From NCBI GenBank assembly GCA_050014495.1, contig JBEKDF010000008.1, positions 1-64,000 of the forward strand: a DNA stretch of 64,000 nucleotides. Reading direction: 5' to 3'. Under the pieces are notes generated by a model, which had not been told where the DNA came from, ran no database searches, and saw only the letters and a program-made list of their open reading frames with translations. The translations under genes and the position numbers were made by a program. Below, one piece after another: positions 52,301 through 62,136 of this stretch; position 1 is the stretch's first letter, and each line of letters begins with the position of its first letter. This DNA is from Candidatus Bathyarchaeia archaeon (GTDB lineage Archaea > Thermoproteota > Bathyarchaeia > TCS64).

Positions 52301-52942
52301 TCAACAACTTTTGGACTTAGCGGTTCGTATAGCGGAGGTCAACTCTTCTACTGCTTTCCTCATATCCGGAGCGCAGACCACAGCCGAGACAACCGCAATC
52401 ACGTCAGCTCCAGCAGATATTACCTCATCTATGTTTCCGAGGTTAATTCCACCAATCGCAACTATGGGGATATTCACCGACTCAGCAATCTCCTTAAGTC
52501 CATAAAGTCCTGTTGGAAGCGGTGTATCGGCCTTAGTCAGAGTAGCGAAGACAGGGGAAGCAGCGATGTAACTTGCACCGTCCTTTTCAGCTTTAATTGC
52601 TTCAGTAACGGTGGAGACTGAGGCGCCTACGATTTTGTTAGGACCCATTAGCCGTCGCGTCAATTCCACCGGCATGTCTTCTTGTCCCACGTGGACACCT
52701 TCTGCACCTAGAGCGAGGGCGATATCCACTCGGTTGTTCACAATAAAATCTATGCCAGCCTCCGCAGTTATGGATCTCAGAACTTTCCCAATGGTTATCA
52801 TATCCCGATCTATCATCTGCTTCTCCCTGAATTGTACTACCTTGGTTCCTCCAGCTATGGCTGCTTTGACCTCATCGATATGTGTACGTCCAGGGTAGAA
52901 TCTACCATCAGTAACTAGGTAAAGATCCCAATCGGAGATCAT
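52301..52942 (-). CDS. thiE: Thiamine-phosphate synthase
   Basis: LYLVTD, QFREK, GVHVGQED, TLTK, AIGGI. Confidence 0.95.
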   Translation of the reverse strand: MISDWDLYLVTDGRFYPGRTHIDEVKAAIAGGTKVVQFREKQMIDRDMITIGKVLRSITAEAGIDFIVNNRVDIALALGAEGVHVGQEDMPVELTRRLMGPNKIVGASVSTVTEAIKAEKDGASYIAASPVFATLTKADTPLPTGLYGLKEIAESVNIPIVAIGGINLGNIDEVISAGADVIAVVSAVVCAPDMRKAVEELTSAIRTAKSKSC

Positions 52943-52954
52943 TTCATTCCTTCT

Positions 52955-53836
52955 CTATGGGCGTTCCAAGTATCGCACCTTGGCACCCTTATGAATCTGC
53001 TCGGATGTCAGGTTGTAAAGGCTATCAAAAAGTGAGACCTTGAAGCTACCCGGTCCCACCGCCTTCGGGGCAGCGAGTTCAGCTGCCAACCCAAAACATG
53101 TTAGTCCAGCTGTAGCAGCTAGAACATAATCACTCTCAACGGCGGCGAAGGCAGCAATAACAGTAGTCGACATGCATCCAGTGCCCGTCAAGGTTTTAAG
53201 CATTAGATGTTTGTTGTCGACCGCAGATACTCGCTTTCCATCAGATATGAAGTCCCGCGCCCCAGTTATGACGGCTGTCAGTCCGTATCTGTTGGCTAAG
53301 GTTTTGGTGGCGATTGCTGGATCTCCCACCTCTTTCACGCTATCTACGCCTTTGACTACTCCCCCCAGACCCGTAAGTGCACCAATCTCCCCAGAGTTAC
53401 CTCTCACAATTGCGATGTGTAGCTCCCTGAGGAGTCGGAGGCTACTATCGGTGCGAAGTTTAGTAGCTCCCGCTCCTACAGGGTCCAAAATAATTGGGAT
53501 ACCCAACTCGTTTGCTCTCCTGCCAGCGGAAAGCATTGACTCGACCAGCTCGGGAGTCAGTGTACCAATATTCAGAACCAAAGCCCCGGCTGCACTCACC
53601 ATCTCAGCAACCTCTTCCTTAGCGTGAGACATTACTGGTTGGCCACCTATGTGTAGGGTAACATTGGCTGTATCATTCATAACAACCATGTTTGTTATGT
53701 GATGAATGAGAGGCCTCCTGTTGCGTAGCCGCATCAATAGTTCTGAGGTGGTTTTAACGAGGTCCTCCGATCTATCTTCCAATGACATCCACTTGAAATA
53801 AGGCGCCTGCATTTTAAGTTTAATCACACACACCAC
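52955..53836 (-). CDS. thiM: Hydroxyethylthiazole kinase
   Basis: PLIHHITN, NIGTL, LDPVGAGAT, RGNSGEI, TGTGC; real start probably downstream. Confidence 0.95.
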   Translation of the reverse strand: MVCVIKLKMQAPYFKWMSLEDRSEDLVKTTSELLMRLRNRRPLIHHITNMVVMNDTANVTLHIGGQPVMSHAKEEVAEMVSAAGALVLNIGTLTPELVESMLSAGRRANELGIPIILDPVGAGATKLRTDSSLRLLRELHIAIVRGNSGEIGALTGLGGVVKGVDSVKEVGDPAIATKTLANRYGLTAVITGARDFISDGKRVSAVDNKHLMLKTLTGTGCMSTTVIAAFAAVESDYVLAATAGLTCFGLAAELAAPKAVGPGSFKVSLFDSLYNLTSEQIHKGAKVRYLERP

Positions 53837-53928
53837 GCCGCTAAGCGCGTGAAGTGTTTGTCAAGAGGTCACCGAGGAGAAACCCAACCCCTAGAGTACA
53901 GCCCTTCTATAGTCGAGCCCAAGCTCAG

Positions 53929-55188
53929 CTAGAGCTTCTCCAATATCTTCTTCTGCCACTCGACCATCGCATCTATTTCCTCTTCGGTGTTGTAGAAGTG
54001 AGGGCTGACGCGTATGCCACCATAACCTCCCTGCATCTTGAGGGTCGGCCCTTGGATGGCTCGCTGCTTCCGGTTCCTCATCTCTGCTACGCTTCGTTGG
54101 TCACGTTCGTAACTGCCCGTTGTGTACATGGTAAGGGCGTGTCGCTTAGAATTGAGGACCCCATCCTCTTCCTCCCGGGGCGTTCTTATGGTGCACCCGA
54201 TGTCCTCTAACCCGTCTGAGATGTAGTTCCCTAGGTGCATTAGTCTCTCCTCTATGTTATTTCGCCCAAGCTCATTCAGGTATTTTAACGCGGCATGCCA
54301 CCCCCAGATCTGGTCAGTCGCCGTCGTTCCCATGTCGAAGCGCTGAGCCGTCTTAGGTGGGGGAAGATCATAGCTATCAACAGGGTCGTGGTCACGCGCA
54401 CCAAAGGGAAACTTGGCGAAGCCGTCCACTCCGGGACCCCGATCTATGTTTATATAACTGAAGTAACTTGACTCGAGTTTCTCACAGTGCTCCTTCTTTG
54501 CATAGAAGAGCCCAGCCTCGAGGGGCCCACATTGCCACTTATAGCTGCCGCTGACGAGGAAATCGACAGTATCCTTGTGAACATTGATTACCTTAGCTCC
54601 CACGGTCTGTATGGCGTCGTCTACAACTAGGGCGCCGTGCGGATGCGCTATTTCACAGACCTGCATAATGTCGTATGTAGCGCCGGAGCCGACGCTCGTC
54701 CGGTTAATGCAAACGAGCTTCGTGTGGTCGTCCACCGCATTCTCCATCTCGCTGCGGAGAATACGCCCGTTCACATTCCTGATCTTATGTATCTCGACAC
54801 CCTTCTTGCGTAGACTAAGCCAAGTATGGCCGCTACTCGGGTACTCCTGGTCAGTGATTACGACATTATCCCCGCGGCTCCATCCGATGCTATAGTCGAT
54901 GATGTCCTTGACGGTGTTGAGCCCCTGGACGACTCGGCTGATATGACAGACCTCGTCAGGATCTGCGCCGATGAGCTTCGCGGCTTCCCGGTTGGCAAGG
55001 ACAGCTTTCTCGCTGAACCATGCATGGTCAACGCCGCCCAACGTCGAAGCATAACGGCGTCTACTCCAGTATTCGATTATGGCATCGTAAACTACGAGGC
55101 TAAAGGCACCCGCTCCAGCAGCTCCTAAGTAGATCACCTCATCGAGGTGGGGAAAATTGCGCCTTACCTTCTCAACGTTGATGCCCAT
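53929..55188 (-). CDS. PLP-dependent class V aminotransferase family protein
   Basis: DDAIQ, SGSYKW, IRVSPHFYNT. Confidence 0.9.
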   Translation of the reverse strand: MGINVEKVRRNFPHLDEVIYLGAAGAGAFSLVVYDAIIEYWSRRRYASTLGGVDHAWFSEKAVLANREAAKLIGADPDEVCHISRVVQGLNTVKDIIDYSIGWSRGDNVVITDQEYPSSGHTWLSLRKKGVEIHKIRNVNGRILRSEMENAVDDHTKLVCINRTSVGSGATYDIMQVCEIAHPHGALVVDDAIQTVGAKVINVHKDTVDFLVSGSYKWQCGPLEAGLFYAKKEHCEKLESSYFSYINIDRGPGVDGFAKFPFGARDHDPVDSYDLPPPKTAQRFDMGTTATDQIWGWHAALKYLNELGRNNIEERLMHLGNYISDGLEDIGCTIRTPREEEDGVLNSKRHALTMYTTGSYERDQRSVAEMRNRKQRAIQGPTLKMQGGYGGIRVSPHFYNTEEEIDAMVEWQKKILEKL

Positions 55189-55211
55189 GTTATCATCTTA
55201 AACTTCGTGAT

Positions 55212-56411
55212 TTAAGAGTGAGACGCTATTCTTCGGAGTGTTACCTCGATCCGCTCGATATCCGAATCCCTATTCCAGAATCCAACACTAATTCGGACGC
55301 AGTGCGGCAGAGTGGCTTCGATGACACGTGTGAAGATCAGTTCGTCGCGGAGTTTCTCGACCACGGTCTTCGGTTCGATGCCGTTTACTGTAAAGCTGAG
55401 GAGACTCCGCTGGTTACGGCCGGATAAGACCTGGACGCCTGAGATGCCTGAGACGCGGTCCCAGAGGTCCTGATATAACTCTAGAGTGTGGCGAAGTATG
55501 AAGAGGAGGCCAACATCATCCATTATCCAGTTGACTGCAGCGGTCCCGCCCTCGATGACAGGGAGAGGCCGGGTGCTCACCTCATAACGCTGCGCTGTCG
55601 GTGACAACGCGATCTTCTCGCTCGCACCATGGTCAGCGCTACTAAATACTCCGCTGTAGGTGGGTTTCACGTGCTCCATTGCCTCTTTCCGTACGTATAA
55701 GGCGCCTCCTCCGTCGGGGCCACAAAGGAACTTATGGCGGCTCATAGCGTAGCCATCGACACCTAGACTATGTACGTCCACTTGACTTGTGCCGACGGCC
55801 TGGATTCCATCAGCGAGGAGGAGGGCACCTGTATCGTGGGCCGCTCGGCTGATGGTGGAGAGGTCTACGCGTCCGCCGGTGGCGAAGTTAACGTCGCTGA
55901 TGAGGAGCATACGCGTTCTCGGGTTCACCGCTTCGCAGAAATGTTTAGTGGGGTCGTGCTCACCGTAATGCTGGTCGATGACATTGAGCTTGACTCCGTG
56001 ACGCTCGCAGAGGATCTTCATAGGGATTGATGCAGCGGGGTTCTCGAGGCTTCCTGTGAGGATCTCATCACCAGGCTTCCAGTCGATCCCCCACATAAAT
56101 ATGTTCATGGCGGTAGTACTGGAATCGCATAGTGCGACCTCCTCGGGCTGACAGGAGAGAAACCTGCCGAGAACCTTCTTAGCGTCCTTAACCACGGAGT
56201 CATATCTTCCGAGGCCTCCCATGGTCTTCATTAATTCAGGGTCGTCACCGCGACTCGCTGCCTCCTCCAGGTAGCCCTTTGAGATGGCTCTCCTCGCTGC
56301 TTCGCATAGGGGTCCCCAACTCCCCGCGTTCACCGCGATCAGTTCGTTCCTCAGGTGAAGCTGCTTACGGATCTTTTCGAGATCGCTCATTGAACCAGAG
56401 CTCAAATACAA
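55212..56411 (-). CDS. PLP-dependent class V aminotransferase family protein
   Basis: DGIQAVG, SRHKFLCGPDG, VRISVGFWN. Confidence 0.9.
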   Translation of the reverse strand: MYLSSGSMSDLEKIRKQLHLRNELIAVNAGSWGPLCEAARRAISKGYLEEAASRGDDPELMKTMGGLGRYDSVVKDAKKVLGRFLSCQPEEVALCDSSTTAMNIFMWGIDWKPGDEILTGSLENPAASIPMKILCERHGVKLNVIDQHYGEHDPTKHFCEAVNPRTRMLLISDVNFATGGRVDLSTISRAAHDTGALLLADGIQAVGTSQVDVHSLGVDGYAMSRHKFLCGPDGGGALYVRKEAMEHVKPTYSGVFSSADHGASEKIALSPTAQRYEVSTRPLPVIEGGTAAVNWIMDDVGLLFILRHTLELYQDLWDRVSGISGVQVLSGRNQRSLLSFTVNGIEPKTVVEKLRDELIFTRVIEATLPHCVRISVGFWNRDSDIERIEVTLRRIASHS

Positions 56412-56714
56412 CTGCTTAACACTTCCTAAGATACGCGAGCACTTTGAGTACTATGCTATATCTACTAAGGATGAACCATTTGGGGAGCAGCTCTTAGCTC
56501 CGCAAACTATTTGTAACATTAATATCTGGGATTAACGTCGAAAATTTTATATCCCAAACCAAGGAGACTACAACCGCTTCAGAAAGCCCTCATCAAAATC
56601 ACGTACGTTCTAGAATTAATTACTGAATGCAATAATTACATGTGCGAAATATTCAATTGTATTAGTTTTAACTTAGCACATAATCTATATGAATAAAGGA
56701 TCATCTTACTAAGC

Positions 56715-56978
56715 ATGAACGACATCGACGAGAACAAGAAAAAGGCTCTTCAAGTTTTAAAGTCTCATGAGTATGAAATCGATGAGTTTGAGGAAACCAT
56801 TTTAGGGAGTAAGTATTGCGAGAGAGACAAGGGAGGAGTGATGTGCCTTTTAATAGAAGTGACTCCACTTTATAATGAGATTAGAGTGTGGGGTGAGTAT
56901 GCGTCGTATCATATCGACAGTAATCTTAGTAAACTAATCAGCGCTTTAAATAAAGATCTAATTGAGTTAATCAGTTGA
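56715..56978 (+). CDS. Small hypothetical protein
   Basis: 87-aa ORF after an AT-rich promoter-like stretch. Confidence 0.55.
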   Translation: MNDIDENKKKALQVLKSHEYEIDEFEETILGSKYCERDKGGVMCLLIEVTPLYNEIRVWGEYASYHIDSNLSKLISALNKDLIELIS

Positions 56979-57373
56979 GCGCATGATTTAAAGGCGACGC
57001 ATACGCGCGCGAGCTCTGTGAAGGCAAAGGGAGTCGGGAGGAGCATCCTTTATTCAGTAAGCGTACCGTGGAGGCATATAGTGACACAATCGATTTCAAA
57101 TACAAGAAAGAGTCTTGGACGACCTTCATCATAAAGCTGGGCTCGTGACTCGTAAATCTAAAAAGTGACTATGAATTGGTATAGTAAACGCATAGTTTAC
57201 CAAATTATATTGAGCATGGGGGCCATAGGCCCCATTGTCCTCTGGTTGCTGATGCGGCATCCAGTTGTTTCCTGTGGCCAGCTCTACCAAGCTGGTTGAA
57301 TCAGGTGTTGACTAAATAATATTTAAGGTATATCGATTACCAACTCATAAATCAGATCGAGGAGCTTGCACGA

Positions 57374-58483
57374 CTAAGCTAGGCGATTGTATTTCTTCAA
57401 AGCGGATCGAAGTCGGTCATGTGGAATAGCATACACCTTGTTGCCATTTATCCCTACCATAGTCTCAGCTGCTACTAGCGCGTTCACGATCGCCTCCTCA
57501 GTCGCTTGAACAGTTGCAAGGAAGAGGTCACTCATCAACTCATTGGGGAGCATCCTTACATCCTTGACCTCGGTATCACTGTAGACGCGTGGATTCGACG
57601 TCGAGAATGCGATGAATATGTCACCTGACCCGTTTCCACCCACACCACCGACCCTGGCCACACCCATTGAGGCCCGCCTCGCCAACCGCTTAAGCTGGTG
57701 GGGAAGTAGAGGCGCATCCGTAGCAATCACTACGATTATCGAGCCTTGCTCGTTAGGCGCCTGGGTGATATGTTCCTCGGGCATGAGGTCTGGGATCTCC
57801 TGACCCACGGGTACACCAGTTATCGTTAGGAGCGACCTGAGTCCATAGTTAGCTTGGACCAAAACCCCAACAACATACTCGTGTAAGCCTATAGTTGATA
57901 CTCTCGAAGATGTACCGATTCCGCCCTTAAATTGGTGGCAAATCATTCCAGTGCCACCGCCGACATTTCCCTCCGCAATGAGACCAGTAGACGAGGTCTC
58001 AATCGCTTCAAAGGCGTGCTCCTTCTTCACATGGAAGCCATTGATGTCGTTCAACAGACCATCGTACGTCTCAGCAACGACTGGAAGCGACCACGGATCC
58101 CCCAACGATGAACCCTTCTTTCTCTGCATCCACTCGATCACAGCATCGTGGACGACACCAACGCTGTGAGTGTTGGTAATCATAATTGGCCCGGAGAGGA
58201 ATCCGGACTCATCCACCCAGGTAGTTCCAGTCATCTCCCCGTTCCCGTTTAGGCAGGCCCACCCTGCGAATACAGGGTCATTCGCCTCGCCTCGGTGAAG
58301 AACAGCGGTGACACCGGTCCTCACCATGTTAACGCTAACATTGAGCCCACCATCCCCCTCGATGATGGTTGAGTGCCCGACAGTAACACCCTCCACATCG
58401 GTGATCGCGTTACACCTACCTGTTACTCCCAGGAAGGGAACTCCGAGATCCCTGGCTCTCGGCTTAACCCTTGAAGAACTCAT
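57374..58483 (-). CDS. DmpA-like aminopeptidase (peptidase S58/P1 family)
   Basis: NAITDVEGVTVGH, NGNGEMTG, EGNVGGGTGM, GSIIVVIATDAP, GSGD. Confidence 0.95.
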   Translation of the reverse strand: MSSSRVKPRARDLGVPFLGVTGRCNAITDVEGVTVGHSTIIEGDGGLNVSVNMVRTGVTAVLHRGEANDPVFAGWACLNGNGEMTGTTWVDESGFLSGPIMITNTHSVGVVHDAVIEWMQRKKGSSLGDPWSLPVVAETYDGLLNDINGFHVKKEHAFEAIETSSTGLIAEGNVGGGTGMICHQFKGGIGTSSRVSTIGLHEYVVGVLVQANYGLRSLLTITGVPVGQEIPDLMPEEHITQAPNEQGSIIVVIATDAPLLPHQLKRLARRASMGVARVGGVGGNGSGDIFIAFSTSNPRVYSDTEVKDVRMLPNELMSDLFLATVQATEEAIVNALVAAETMVGINGNKVYAIPHDRLRSALKKYNRLA

Positions 58484-58603
58484 AGAGGAAAAATGAATTC
58501 GACAGAATAAAAAACCTTGAACTGAGTTACAATCGTGCATGATGTTACTCGAACAGCTTAATATCCGAGGGAATATGCTTCAAGATCACATAAGGGAAGA
58601 TGA

Positions 58604-58768
58604 TTGTCCCGAAAGATAACCGCCGTGCCAATCGGTGAAAAATGGTGCAGAAGATGTATCAACTCTAGAAAGCCCTGCCATAAGGCCGAGGGAAATTGGT
58701 GCTACAGATTCGACCCGACAAGTCCTTTGGCTAGAAAGCATCTCAGGGAACGTTCGGGTTTAGAGTGA
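58604..58768 (+). CDS. Putative 54-aa Cys-rich microprotein
   Basis: Hand translation MSRKITAVPIGEKWCRRCINSRKPCHKAEGNWCYRFDP...; below ORF-track cutoff. Confidence 0.45.
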   Translation: MSRKITAVPIGEKWCRRCINSRKPCHKAEGNWCYRFDPTSPLARKHLRERSGLE

Positions 58769-58833
58769 GTAGCGCAACTAATATTCGCGCGTTCAACAGA
58801 GTAATTAGATAAAAAAACAAGTGTGCATTTTAG

Positions 58834-59811
58834 TTGGTGATTGAATTGGTGCTATCACCGATACATTTTGCTCCATCGATCGCTGCTGCCATATTAACCA
58901 TAATCTTGGTCTTCACCAAGCGCGACAGGGGTCACAAGACCCTAGCCTATGGAATGGTGTTCTTCGCAGCGATTGGGTTCGCGGGATTCATTTTCGGTGA
59001 CTGGACCCAACTCCTCGGATTTAGCTTTCACTCGTTACACGCGTGGGTAGGATTACTTACTCTCTCGACCTCTGTGACCGCTTTTCTTCTCAAAACCGTG
59101 CATAGGGGACCTCACTGTCTAATTGGAAGAATTGCTGGAATACTAGCTCTGATCTCGTTGGTTATGGGATTAGTGATTCTGCTAGGTTTAGTACCTGGGA
59201 CTTTGGCTAGCCAATTGACTCTCCAAGTATCAGCCTCAAGCCACCTCCCGGAAGTTGAGGCGCACCAATTCATGAACACGACACTCGTACCCATCTCAAG
59301 CCAGGGTAATAACGCGATAATTGGAACTCAATACATTGATCAAGACAATTACACACTAGTGGTCGATGGCCTAGTTGACAAACAACTCACGCTATCATAC
59401 AACGACTTACTAAACCTCCCAGCCTACTCGGAGGTCGCCTATATGCCATGCGTAGAAGGCTGGGGCTTCAACGCGAAGTGGACCGGCTTCCGAGTCATCG
59501 ACATACTAGACCAAGCAGGGATCTCCATTGCAGGTAACTACGCGGTTTTCTACTGCAAAGACGGTTACTCAACGGGCCTCCCACTCACATACCTACGGGA
59601 CAACCACATCCTTCTCGCCTACGGGCTAAACGACGTCACGCTCCCCGCGGATAGAGGATTCCCGCTTCAACTCGTCGCTGAGAGCAAGTACGGCTACAAA
59701 TGGGCAAAGTGGATCGTCAGAATCGAGGTCGTGAGAGGCGAGTATTTAGGATATTGGGAGACCCGCGGCTATACTGACTCTGCGGATGTGGGAACCTTCC
59801 CCTATGGCTAG
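58834..59811 (+). CDS. Sulfite-oxidase/MsrP-like molybdopterin oxidoreductase with N-terminal membrane domain
   Basis: PCVEGW, WTG, GFPLQLV, YGYKWAKW, GYWE; four TM helices with His residues. Confidence 0.88.
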   Translation: MVIELVLSPIHFAPSIAAAILTIILVFTKRDRGHKTLAYGMVFFAAIGFAGFIFGDWTQLLGFSFHSLHAWVGLLTLSTSVTAFLLKTVHRGPHCLIGRIAGILALISLVMGLVILLGLVPGTLASQLTLQVSASSHLPEVEAHQFMNTTLVPISSQGNNAIIGTQYIDQDNYTLVVDGLVDKQLTLSYNDLLNLPAYSEVAYMPCVEGWGFNAKWTGFRVIDILDQAGISIAGNYAVFYCKDGYSTGLPLTYLRDNHILLAYGLNDVTLPADRGFPLQLVAESKYGYKWAKWIVRIEVVRGEYLGYWETRGYTDSADVGTFPYG

Positions 59812-59961
59812 ATATGACGCAGCGTGCAAGAATCCATCATGCCAAAAAGTGTGCGCGCGACTCCTGCTAACTCACTAGCTAAGAATCTCATCTGTACTAT
59901 TTTGATGTGGAAATGGAGAAAGGGATACTCGTATGGGAGAAAATGTAAGGAGATAAATTGC

Positions 59962-61044
59962 TCAGCTTTGTGGTTCACAGTCCCTATTTAGTGAGCCTGC
60001 AGCGCAATGAACCGAGCCACTGTTCCTCGGACCAACTAGGCTCGGTATATCGACCTCAACAACCTCCACGCCCATACTCTCAAGCCACTTAGTCGCCTTT
60101 GGCTCACCGACTGGGACAAGGATCTTCATCGGCTCGAGAACGACCCCCGTCTCAGGCCCAACTGGCATACCTTGATCCACCCTGCAGAGATCATCGGGTG
60201 GAACCACGAACCTCCAATCCATCTCGCTTCTGAGCCAATCAAGCGTGTACTTGTCCAGCCACTTCGGATTAGCAACCGAAGTGTGCCTGTCGATCATGCA
60301 ATAATGTGTAAGCTGTGGTCGGGGACCATACCCTGGGAGGATCCTCACATCCACCTCAGGGTCCTGCATGTGGATGATTCGCTTGAGTTGTTCATGGCCC
60401 CAATCATTCGCCCTCCAGACCCCGGGTTTCCTGGTGTTTGCCCTCGGGTAGTGAACCGCGGCGAAGAGGTGCTTCTCGTCAAGCCACCCGATGTTTCCAC
60501 CCTCAGCCATCCCCCTGCCCGTGATCATGCCAGTGACTGGACACCCAACACTTGCTAGGGTCTGATAGGTCGGGAGCTCCTCACCCCTCCTAATGTTGTC
60601 GTACATCCTCAGTATTATTTGGCCGTAGACCGCTGGGTGGCAGACATCGTCGGTATATATCGCTTTGACCTGGTAGGGTGGATCATTAGGGTCAGGCTTC
60701 CTCTCAACGACCTCGACCCCTTCATCCCTGTACACCTTCACGAGCCTCTCATAATCCCTTGTCAGTTCGGTGAGGTCCTCTGGCTTGTAGCTCATCCTCC
60801 AACTTGAGAGACTTGAGTCGTGTGGTGCCCACGGCGTGGGTTTCCCAACGCTCAGAAACTCCTTCCCCGGTCTATGCAGAAGCACAGTGCGAAGCTTCCC
60901 AATAGTCGTGTTCGCCTTCCACTTCCTCCCCCAGACCCTTGGCATCTCCTCCTCGAATTCTGAGAGTATCTGCGGGTGATACTTCATGTATTGCTCATGT
61001 AGCGTCATACCAGTTTTTTCCCTGAATTCATCTATCTCATCCAT
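59962..61044 (-). CDS. Amidinotransferase / arginine deiminase / DDAH family protein
   Basis: LRTVLLHRPG, RRGEE, EGGN, GSVHC. Confidence 0.85.
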   Translation of the reverse strand: MDEIDEFREKTGMTLHEQYMKYHPQILSEFEEEMPRVWGRKWKANTTIGKLRTVLLHRPGKEFLSVGKPTPWAPHDSSLSSWRMSYKPEDLTELTRDYERLVKVYRDEGVEVVERKPDPNDPPYQVKAIYTDDVCHPAVYGQIILRMYDNIRRGEELPTYQTLASVGCPVTGMITGRGMAEGGNIGWLDEKHLFAAVHYPRANTRKPGVWRANDWGHEQLKRIIHMQDPEVDVRILPGYGPRPQLTHYCMIDRHTSVANPKWLDKYTLDWLRSEMDWRFVVPPDDLCRVDQGMPVGPETGVVLEPMKILVPVGEPKATKWLESMGVEVVEVDIPSLVGPRNSGSVHCAAGSLNRDCEPQS

Positions 61045-61218
61045 GAATTAGACCAAATAAACAGGTGTTAGTTAGATTATAAATTACCTGAGTCACAGCG
61101 TGATATTCCCGAAAAACTATGACATGATTTAGAAAAGGATACAAGCCAAAGGGGACAGAGTACCAATTTCACTGTGAGAAAACATATCTGGACTTGAAAA
61201 CAATAAAGTGGGATCACC

Positions 61219-62034
61219 ATGCCCTGGGTCGACTCGAACGGAGCGAATATCTGGTATAAAGTAAAGGGAAAAGGGACGCCACTCCTTCTCTGCAACGGTT
61301 GGGGAGGTAGCAGTGACAGTTGGAGCTCCGACATGGTCAGTCTCCTCGCAGAAAAGCATATGGTGGTGTTATTAGACAACCGAGGCACTGGGAGAAGTGA
61401 CAAGCCGAATAATCCCTACACCATGGAGATTATGGTAGAGGACTCTAACCAAGTGCTAACCAAGCTGAACTTGGGACTCGCTCACGTGCTCGGCTTCAGC
61501 ATGGGTGGCATGATCGCTCAGGCACTCGCCATATACCACCCCGAAAGCGTCAGAAGCCTAATCCTATGTGCTACGAGCCCCGGCGCTGCAAACAGTATAC
61601 CCATCACACGAGAGGCGTCACATGAACTCGCCAGAGTGAGTGACGAGAGGATACCCAAGCACGACCAAGTTAAAGCCCTCATTTACCTCCTATACCCCAG
61701 AGAATACATCGAGCCACGCCTAGAGGAGCTGATCAATGAGGAGAGCTACGATACCAACCCTACGCCGGTGTATGCGCTAAAAAGCCAGAGCGCTGCGACA
61801 GCCACTTTTGACTCCTACGACAGGCTTCAAGAGTTAAAGATCCCTGCCCTCATTCTAACAGGGGGCAACGACCGACTCATCCCACCGGATAATAGCCGAC
61901 TCCTCGCTGAGAGGATCCCCGGAGGTGAGCTTCATATCCTTCCGGGCCTCGGACACGGCTTCCTTAAGCAGGCGACCGCCCAAGTTGTGGATCTAATACT
62001 CGAATTCACATCGAGAGTTGACAAACAGCAGTAA
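61219..62034 (+). CDS. Alpha/beta hydrolase
   Basis: DNRGTGRS, GFSMGG, D and GHG triad positions. Confidence 0.93.
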   Translation: MPWVDSNGANIWYKVKGKGTPLLLCNGWGGSSDSWSSDMVSLLAEKHMVVLLDNRGTGRSDKPNNPYTMEIMVEDSNQVLTKLNLGLAHVLGFSMGGMIAQALAIYHPESVRSLILCATSPGAANSIPITREASHELARVSDERIPKHDQVKALIYLLYPREYIEPRLEELINEESYDTNPTPVYALKSQSAATATFDSYDRLQELKIPALILTGGNDRLIPPDNSRLLAERIPGGELHILPGLGHGFLKQATAQVVDLILEFTSRVDKQQ

Positions 62035-62136
62035 TTAACAACAGTACCCACACGCGCGCCGTACGCGTTGCAAGCTCGCCTTGTTTAGAAGATACTAAAT
62101 ATACCTCTTTTTAGGCACCGAGACAATGATTACACG

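Noticed and set aside
53837..53928. Possible TPP riboswitch upstream of thiM (GCTGAG on the minus strand)
   Set aside because: The remaining conserved THI-box segments are absent, and the motif abuts the previous gene's stop codon.
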